Of a stretch of DNA of 59,546 nt, positions 50,704-59,546 are shown piece by piece (position 1 is the first letter of the stretch; the number at the start of each line of letters is the position of its first letter). The stretch is from Girardia tigrina. Lineage: Eukaryota. The position numbers and the translations under genes were made by a program. The notes beneath the pieces are model-generated. The model was not told the origin of the DNA, made no database searches, and saw only the letters and a program-made list of their open reading frames with translations. The DNA is taken from NCBI GenBank assembly GCA_001938485.1, contig MQRK01248723.1:1-59546 (forward strand), in the 5' to 3' direction.

Positions 50704-51779
50704 GTCTTACATATTTTGATTTGTTATTTCAGTTCAATTTCAATTTTTTTTGCAAATCACACTTCTTCACAACTTTCTTTTCATTCAAACAAAAACCAAT
50801 AAACCTTTTTTTAAAACTTTTACAACTATAATTAATAATTAATTTTTCCTTTTCACATAATAATAATTTCTTGTGACGATAAGACTGAATATAACACGAA
50901 TCACAGTAAAATTTATTATGAACACACTCTTCTGTCTAATCGTCCTGCTCAGTGACTTTTCAAACTTTCTCCAAATTTAAATCGATTTCAAATAAACAGG
51001 ATTCTGTAGAAAATTCCACTTTCTTTTTGAATTTCTTAATTTGTTTGTCAATTTAAACAATATGAAAATATTCAAAAAAATAAATTAACTCTATACAACA
51101 TAATTTTTCAAGAAAAACATTTTTTACTTTTTACTTCACATAAATAACTTTTTATTCTCTTTTTTTCTAATTAAATATACAATTACTGTTTAAATAAATC
51201 AAATACAAATATAACTCAGTTAAAATCAAATTAATGACCAGAAAAAAGTTATAAAAAAGTTTAACTGATTTGCATCTTCAGTTTCCACATTTCCGATCCA
51301 GACAATCACAGATTCTCTGACACCCACTGGCAGCTGATTAGGATGTCTCTCTCTCCAACAAGTATCATATATTCTTAAAGTTCAGCGAACATTTATTAAT
51401 GGGTTGAATCATTAGTATAGTAATAACATCATATATCACTTAGCCAGCAATCAAAGTTACATTAAAAAATTCGAGTACTAACTCCAGAAATCGGAAGAAA
51501 TCTGTGTAGAATTCCTATTTGATTTTAATATTAAATATATCAAAATTAATTATATCCAAATATAAAATTACCATAACACAAGTGTTTCACAGATCAAACA
51601 TGGACAATATGCTGAACGTTAGGAACTCAAGAACCAGTTGGAAAAATTTTGAATATCCAGATTATTTTAAATAATTATTTTTTTATATTCGGAAATTAAA
51701 GTTCATTTGAAATTTATTAATCTAAGTTATTATTAACATTAGTAATGATTCACAAAACTGCCGCTCATAGTGTGACTCG

Positions 51780-52683
51780 AAGGCCTTCTGTGTCGCAATT
51801 CCCTCTTGTATAGTACTCATTTTCTGTATTCTATTTCAATATCTAGATTACTTAAGTAGTTCATCCAAGTTTGGAATATGGATGTAAGTGGTTTCTTTGT
51901 ATGAACATAAATGTTATTGCTTTGTGGTCTGTTCTCATTTTGATTTTGTTTCCCGTAAAGATAGTGTTTGAAATGTTGACAAAAGTAAAAAATCGCTAAT
52001 AGTTCCTTTCTTGTTACGCAATAACCTATTTAGTGTGCTGAAATCATGTGTGAGATCCGTATGCTCTTTACCGGATTCACCTATCTGTAATAGTACAGCC
52101 TCTATGCTGTTAAAAGTAGCGTCTGTTTCTAGAATAAACTGTTTTTTGAAATCATGAAAACTCAATATTGGTGCCGTTATCAATGTTTTCTTCATATTCT
52201 GAAAAGCTATTTCACATGTATCTGTCAAATTTAGTTTTTCTTTATTCGAGCTACACATTCCATCCAATAGTTTAGCTTTATTCGCGTATCCATTTATAGA
52301 CCTTCTGTAGTTATTGCAAATTCCTAAAAAACTTCTTAAATTTTTGATACATTTGGGTGTTTGAAAATTCTTTATTGATGCTATTTTCTCTGGGTTTGTC
52401 TGAATTCCTTTTTCATTTATAATGCGTCCAAAGAATTTTACTTCTTGACATAGTATTTTGTATTTTGATGGTTTGATTCTTAATCCTGTTTCTCTTTTCC
52501 TTCAAATACTTCTCTAACAACATTATAGTGTTCATCCTTTGTGATTGTTGCTATTTATGTCGTCTAAATAGACTGATGCTCCATTCTTTATCGGTTTTAA
52601 TACTGTGGTCAATAGTTCTTGAAATGTTCCTGGTGCGGCTGCTATTCCAAAAGGCATCCGTTTAAAACAGTATTGACCTGATT
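51780..52683 (-). mobile_element. Gypsy pol (RT-RNase H) fragment
   Basis: GQYCFKRMPFGIAAAPGTFQ, VYLDDI, LRSFLGICN, FILETDA. Confidence 0.92.
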
Positions 52684-54603
52684 AGTAGGGGGAAATGAGG
52701 CTTCTCCCTCACTCCCGGGGTAGGGTTACCCATTGTCATGGCAACGGTCGCGGTTACCATAGAAACGGTTCCGATCAACTTAGCAACGGTTCGAACACCC
52801 TAGCAACGGTTCCGATCCCCGTAGTCTAGGCAACAACGGTAACCAAGGTCTTAGTTACCATAGCAACTGTAACCAAGGGACGCTTTTCATTAGCAACGGA
52901 TACATTGATTCAAGGCGGTTGTAACCATGGTAACAGTTACCGTATCCATAGCAACCGTAGAAAAAAGTGCTAATCGATTGCTGCACATTGTGCCACACAT
53001 TTTTAATGTCATAGCAAAGTGTGTTTTACGTTGCACATGTGAAAAAGTGTAAAAATCAATACAAAATTTTTTTTAAATGTGCTATTGTCAAAAATCGATA
53101 TCATGTTCTTGATTCACATTTTGATTCTCTAACTAAATATGAAATTAGAATTTTCATATATTGATTAATTTTTCTTATAGTTAACATAATGTGCAAATTT
53201 ACATAAAATGCACATCGATTTCCACCCTTCAACACAGAAGCGCTACAATCACGTTAGTCCTGCGCCAACTCTGTCACCATCGTTATATAATCGATTTTGC
53301 TTTTTCTTCGATTGAATATTTCGCATTGCTCGCGTCAAAGATTGGAATAAATATTCATTGAAAACATTGCATGATTATTTTATTAACATCTCCGTGATTC
53401 ATTGTATTTTGTATCTACTAATTGTGAAAATTTGAATTTCATCTTCACTTTTTTTGAATTTTAAGACACCGCTCTGAACGAAGCCATCATCACCTTATTC
53501 TCATCAATTTGTCATTCGCTCGGCAAACATGATGTATTTACAAAAGTTCAATTTTCCGTAATTTTTACAGATAATATTACAGATAATTTTTAGCAGATTA
53601 AATAGATGTTTTGTAAAATGTCTATGCATGTTTTAAGTATAATAGGAGTTTTTACATGTTGTTTTTACATATAATATTAAAGGTTATGTATCTTGGTTAC
53701 GGTAACCATGGTACTTGTGATTGATCACTAGGTACATTAGACTATTCATGAGGTGTTGTTTGATGGTAAACAACATACATATATCACAGGGGTTTCATAT
53801 ACATATACGAAAAAATCGATTTTTGAGCACTTTTATGAGAATTTCAGAAATGTTCGAAAAAACCACTAGACCGCGATTTATCAGCACCTTTTTGAAAATG
53901 TTGATATTGAATCTGAATACACGTATACTGGTTACTATTCAAGCGTATCAGCACTTATTTGATATTCTGCCTCCTTATGCTTCTAAATTCGATGTGCATT
54001 TTGTGTAAATTTGCACATTATGTTAAATATCGGGAAAAGTAATCAATATATTAAAATTCTAATTACACATTCAGATAGAAAATCAAAATGTGCATCAAAC
54101 ACATGATATAGATTTTTGACACTAGCACTTTAAAAAAATTTTATGTAATGATTTTTGCACTTTTGCACATGTGCAGCTTGAAAAGCACTGTGCTAGCACA
54201 TTAGAAATGTGCGGCACAATGTCCAATATCGATAAGCTTTTTAAAAACTTTTAATTAGTTTTTTAATTAGCTTTTTAACCGTTACCATGGTTACAACCAC
54301 CTTGAATTACTGTATCCGTTGCTAATGAAAAATGTCATTGGTTACCGTTGCTATGATAACGGTAACCGTTGCTAAGGAACTGGGAACCAATGAGAAACGT
54401 TTCTAGGGTATCAGGTACCGACCGCGACCGTTGCTAGGGTACTAAGGACCAATCAGAAGCGTTGCTTCCTAGGCCAAGTGAGCTGGAACCGTTGCTATGG
54501 TAACAGGAACCGTTGCTAAGGTAACCGCGACCGTTTCCATGGCAACGGGCTACCCCACCCCCCGGGGGAGGTTGTGAGGCCGAACATACATTTTCCACCT
54601 ACT
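52684..54603. mobile_element. Long-TIR (~540-610 bp arms) element with AGT...ACT termini, possibly Polinton/Maverick-derived
   Basis: 52684-53219 is an imperfect inverted repeat of 53989-54603; ends AGTAGG.../...CCTACT; no TSD and no transposase seen. Confidence 0.65.
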
Positions 54604-56169
54604 CTTTGAATCTCAAATTTCGTTCTGCAGTCTTTGATAAAGATTGAACTACTGTTACGAATTGATCATATATATGATTATATACAAAGTAAAAAAAAAT
54701 CTTTATATATTTATAAAATTTATTATAATTTTTTTGTTAAAAAGTTTTAAATTGTAATTAATGTTGGTATCTGGAAAATTCGATAAACGTGATTTGTTTA
54801 AATAATATGATTGTAAATTAGTAAAAGTTTGAATGTCGATTAAAAATAAACAGTTGTGTTTGAATTTCGATTTTTCAATCTTTGAATATAATTAGTAATT
54901 AAAATAAGCATTTTCTGATGGCATTATTTTCTCCGACAAATCAAAAGCGATTGACAAATATTTCTGATGTGAAACTAATCGTAAAAACCGATAGATTTGA
55001 AATAGCGTATTTTCCGAATAAAGTAATCGCTTGGCGTCAAAAATTTTAATTTCAAATTCAAACTCTGCAAAATGAGCTGATTTACACAAATGTGTCGAAA
55101 GCGGAAATTGCGAGCAAAGACAATTCGAAAGAAGCTTTTCAAACGACGAATATTTTGAAGATTTGTAAAATTATATTAGAAAAATGAGAGCTCCAATTGA
55201 CGGAGAAAAAGAGTCAATTTGTGATGGATAATTTAATTAAAGATGACGCAAAAATTCTTACTAATAAAACGTTGAATCCGAGTACAAAACTATGCTTTCC
55301 ACTGGGTGTGATAAAAAATGATTCACGATTGCCACATCAATTTGAATCCGAAAAAAATCTGCAAAACAACAATCTCTCGACGTTATTCTGTTGATAAAGA
55401 AATTGAATGTTCCGATTGATGTCGCTCATTTATCTGTCAACATTATTGCGACACAAAAACAAATTAAATCAATCAAACGAGAATTATTGAGTTATTGTGA
55501 AAGTATTTTCTCAGATGTGCCACAAGAGCACGATTTAAAGATGGAGGCGATTTTCGAACCGGAAAATTATGATTTATTCAAAGAAAATTTCAAAACAAAA
55601 TGAATAATCGAATTACACAAAAAATGCAACAACAACTACTGTCAAATTTTGGCATCTCTGCTAACAATGTTCTGATACACATGTGCACTGATGGCTTTTA
55701 GCATCGGAATAACAAAAATGGAAAACTAACTAATATTTATTTTTCTAGATTCGAGTTTTTACAATAAGCGCCATTTTTTTGAGTATTAAAATTACAATTT
55801 ATATTTGGATAAACACTATTTTATAAGATGTTCATTCTTTATTTCAATTTTTTTCTTAAGTTAAATTTTTTATATGAAGATAATATGTTAAAAACAATTT
55901 TAAACTAAAAAAATTAAATAAAAATATACTGAAAATTTATTAGTGTCAGACAAAATGCTAAAAATAGGACGTCTAGCTGTCCTACGATAAAGAATTTAAA
56001 TAAATATTTAGTTTTCTTCATTTGATGTCAATAATTATCTTTTAAAATTTGTTGACTTTAAAGGCAATGTTGGATTTGACTTTCTTCAATTAAAATTACA
56101 ATTTTTAAACATGATGCGATTAATAAATGCCATTATTTGCACGCATATATATATATATATATATAATAA

Positions 56170-56616
56170 AAAGAAAGGCCATTTTTTAATATTAAATTTA
56201 TTCCCAATACAAACGCGTTTCACCATTTCAGCATCTTCAGTGCAATGAAATAAAGTGATTAATTGCTATTTATATAGTTGAAAAACTATTACATCATACG
56301 TCTCAAAACATGCTTTTTTTTCTTTTCTTTAAAAAAAGAAAAGTATTTTTAATGATATTTTAAGAAACTTTAATATGATTAGATGAATCACCTTACACGT
56401 TTAAGCATGGTTTAGGATGCTTTATTAACAATGCTTCGGCAATAATCCTTTCATAATTTGTGTCAAAATTATTTAAAATCTTTATTGTAATCCATAAACC
56501 TTTACATCTTTTAATATGGCTCAATATCGAACTATTTCTACTCGATTGAGTATGTTCAGCAATTCTAGTGCGGAGATGACGACTTGTCTCTCCAATGTAC
56601 AAGGCTTCGCACTTGT
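56170..56616 (-). mobile_element. Penelope GIY-YIG 3' end + pLTR
   Basis: YIGETSRHLRTRIAEH...ERIIAEALLIKHPKPCLNV; upstream part lies in a gap. Confidence 0.9.
56208..56244 (-). ncRNA. Minimal hammerhead ribozyme in Penelope pLTR
   Basis: UGCA-CUGAAGA-U-GCUGAAAUGGU-GAAA-CGCG-UU-UGUA, ~150 nt downstream of the GIY-YIG ORF; stem II weak. Confidence 0.7.
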
Positions 56617-58649
56617 NNNNNNNNNNNNNNNNNNNNNNNNNNNNNNNNNNNNNNNNNNNNNNNNNNNNNNNNNNNNNNNNNNNNNNNNNNNNNNNNNNNN
56701 NNNNNNNNNNNNNNNNNNNNNNNNNNNNNNNNNNNNNNNNNNNNNNNNNNNNNNNNNNNNNNNNNNNNNNNNNNNNNNNNNNNNNNNNNNNNNNNNNNNN
56801 NNNNNNNNNNNNNNNNNNNNNNNNNNNNNNNNNNNNNNNNNNNNNNNNNNNNNNNNNNNNNNNNNNNNNNNNNNNNNNNNNNNNNNNNNNNNNNNNNNNN
56901 NNNNNNNNNNNNNNNNNNNNNNNNNNNNNNNNNNNNNNNNNNNNNNNNNNNNNNNNNNNNNNNNNNNNNNNNNNNNNNNNNNNNNNNNNNNNNNNNNNNN
57001 NNNNNNNNNNNNNNNNNNNNNNNNNNNNNNNNNNNNNNNNNNNNNNNNNNNNNNNNNNNNNNNNNNNNNNNNNNNNNNNNNNNNNNNNNNNNNNNNNNNN
57101 NNNNNNNNNNNNNNNNNNNNNNNNNNNNNNNNNNNNNNNNNNNNNNNNNNNNNNNNNNNNNNNNNNNNNNNNNNNNNNNNNNNNNNNNNNNNNNNNNNNN
57201 NNNNNNNNNNNNNNNNNNNNNNNNNNNNNNNNNNNNNNNNNNNNNNNNNNNNNNNNNNNNNNNNNNNNNNNNNNNNNNNNNNNNNNNNNNNNNNNNNNNN
57301 NNNNNNNNNNNNNNNNNNNNNNNNNNNNNNNNNNNNNNNNNNNNNNNNNNNNNNNNNNNNNNNNNNNNNNNNNNNNNNNNNNNNNNNNNNNNNNNNNNNN
57401 NNNNNNNNNNNNNNNNNNNNNNNNNNNNNNNNNNNNNNNNNNNNNNNNNNNNNNNNNNNNNNNNNNNNNNNNNNNNNNNNNNNNNNNNNNNNNNNNNNNN
57501 NNNNNNNNNNNNNNNNNNNNNNNNNNNNNNNNNNNNNNNNNNNNNNNNNNNNNNNNNNNNNNNNNNNNNNNNNTGATATTTTTTCACATTTATTTTTCAA
57601 CAAATAATACTATTATTACGTCAACAATTATTACGTCAGCGTTAGTGAAGCAGGCAGTGAGTGACTTGGGCTTTTATAATATAGATATTTATTAGTTTTA
57701 ATATTTTGAAGTGTTCGTTAATTTTTTCCACTGACAACTTTTAATAATTTAAAAATGATGACAAATTTAAAACATAATTTAAACGTTTTTAATATTTTAA
57801 ATGAAATTTTGATTACGTTTTCGTAAAATAATTAAAATTAATAATATTTTAAGATACATTATTTTTCTGAAACAATTAATGAGAACTATAATTAATTTTC
57901 AATATGGTAGAATAAAATGTTTTCCTAAATTTTCAAATGAATAATATTTTAGACTAAATTTTATTAATCTAAAATAAAAATGGTTTTAATATTTTGAAAA
58001 AAATGATTTTTTTAAATTTGTAAAATGTGTATTATTTTTAAAATATATTTTATTTGAATAGAATATTATTTTTAAGTTTAAATTTTTAAAAACAGTTAAT
58101 CAGAATTTGAAAATTTATATAAATGTCAGCGAATTGATTACTAAAAAGTTGAAAATTTATTTGAATTTGTTTGTAATAAAAATAATTAATTTATGTGAAT
58201 AAAATTTTTTGATAAATTCTAATTCGAATATCGAACACAATAACATGGTGACTTACGTCACGAATATCGTATATTGTGACCATAGAAAAACTATTTGAAA
58301 TCATATTAGAAAATGGTCGAATTTCTAAATCATGGGGTGAACTATATTATAAAAGCGAATATCTAAATAACAACAGTGTATTTGAATTACAGTTTATAAT
58401 TCTGATTATTTTACATAATTATTCCACATGTGCCCTGTTTGACAACTGTATCTTTTAGGCTTTTGTCGGTCTCGAACTGAATTGCATCTCACTCTTGTTT
58501 CATTGATCTTCAGTCACTCTTCCTCTGTGTGAAGATATTATGATGAATTTGCGACAATATTATAAAAATAATTTATTGCATATTTGTTTTAATATTCAGA
58601 TATTATTTGTATTTGAAGTTAATAAAGCATATTCTTGTTTCTGTTTTAT

Positions 58650-59190
58650 TTACCTTTATATAACACTCTGGTCCTCTTCGTGTATATCTTGATGGTCATT
58701 TTTGATACTTTTTCACACTATTGTTGTACCCTCTTCTGATTTTCTCGTGTCCTTCTGTAGCGTTCTCCATCTTTTGATATCCACCGCATTTCTTTCAATA
58801 TTTTTTTTCATCACTAATCCTTTTTAATCTATACGCATGCTCCTTTAGTTTATCGATCACCTTATATGGCCCTTCGTATTTTGGCATATTGATTCCTTTG
58901 ATTCGAGGTAGTATCCTGACATAAGTAGATCACTGATTGCCAGACTGCCCCCTGAACCTATTGTAGCTGGCTTTTAACTTCTTGTTTTGTCTTGATCTGT
59001 TGGCTCACTGCTTGTAGCACTTCTTGAAGCTCTGTGATGTATTTACTATAGTTTCCCACCTTCGCTGGATTCCATTGCTTTTTTGAGTAGAACGATCTCA
59101 TTTTCCAACCAAAAATCACATGGAATGTTAAGAATCCAGTGCTTCTGCAAATTGTATTTCTAAAGTAGTATGAAAATGGGCATTCTGGCG
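58650..59190 (-). mobile_element. Gypsy integrase C-terminal fragment
   Basis: NTICRSTGFLTFHVIFG and PKYEGPYKVIDKL (GPY/F motif). Confidence 0.8.
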
Positions 59191-59546
59191 ACCACCCCCC
59201 CATAGCCGTAACCATAGCAACGATATGGGTTATCGTGGTTACCATGGCAACGGTCGCGAATACCATAGCAACGTTCGTGGTTACCATGGCAACGGTCGCG
59301 AATACCATAGCAACGGTCGTGGTTACCATGGCAACGGTCGCGGTTACCATAGCAACGGTCGCGATTACCTTAGTTACGGTCGCGGTTACCATAGCAACGG
59401 TCGCGAACACCTTAGTTACAGTCCCCATGTCCCACGGGGGGTTTACCGTTACCAGGGCAACGGTCGCGATCGCCTTAGTGACGGTTGCTAAGGACCGTTG
59501 CTAAGGGCCAGTAACCTGTTCTCGGTTGCTAGGTGACCGTTACCAT
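59191..59546. repeat. 21-bp tandem array (GGTTACCATRGCAACGGTCGC), related to the arms of the 52684-54603 element
   Basis: ~8 tandem units at 59238-59410, sharing CATGGCAACGGTCGCGGTTACCAT with 52737-52760. Confidence 0.9.

Noticed and set aside
38241-57695. Long X-filled ORFs
   Set aside because: Artefacts of N gaps.
58958-59504. VAMVTAT / RGYHGNG repeat ORFs
   Set aside because: Translations of the 21-bp X-box-like array; only the distal part is Gypsy integrase.

Overview
AT-rich, gapped eukaryotic (metazoan) scaffold; no prokaryotic operons, rRNA, tRNA or CRISPR. A planarian-like source is only a guess from composition, ~45-nt introns and TE content. The ORF track misses the main host gene: a 15-exon, phase-consistent + strand gene (9105-41618, ~703 aa) that matches ATRIP in its coiled coil and C-terminal motifs, with 31-49 nt introns alternating with large TE-filled introns. 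Three intronless ~240-aa RING-like/helical paralogs are present, two nested head-to-head in one ATRIP intron. The rest is mostly decayed TEs (mariner/Tc1, Tigger, hAT, MULE, piggyBac-like MITE, Gypsy, Penelope, an RLE non-LTR) and housekeeping-gene fragments (stathmin, STIP1, PP1, beta-tubulin). Most notable non-coding signals: several minimal hammerhead ribozymes (one intact at 10049-10089), a long-inverted-repeat AGT...ACT element dense in RFX X-box-like motifs, and a TA-flanked MITE carrying a 21-bp minisatellite derived from its own TIR motif. All homology calls are from motif recall, not database searches.
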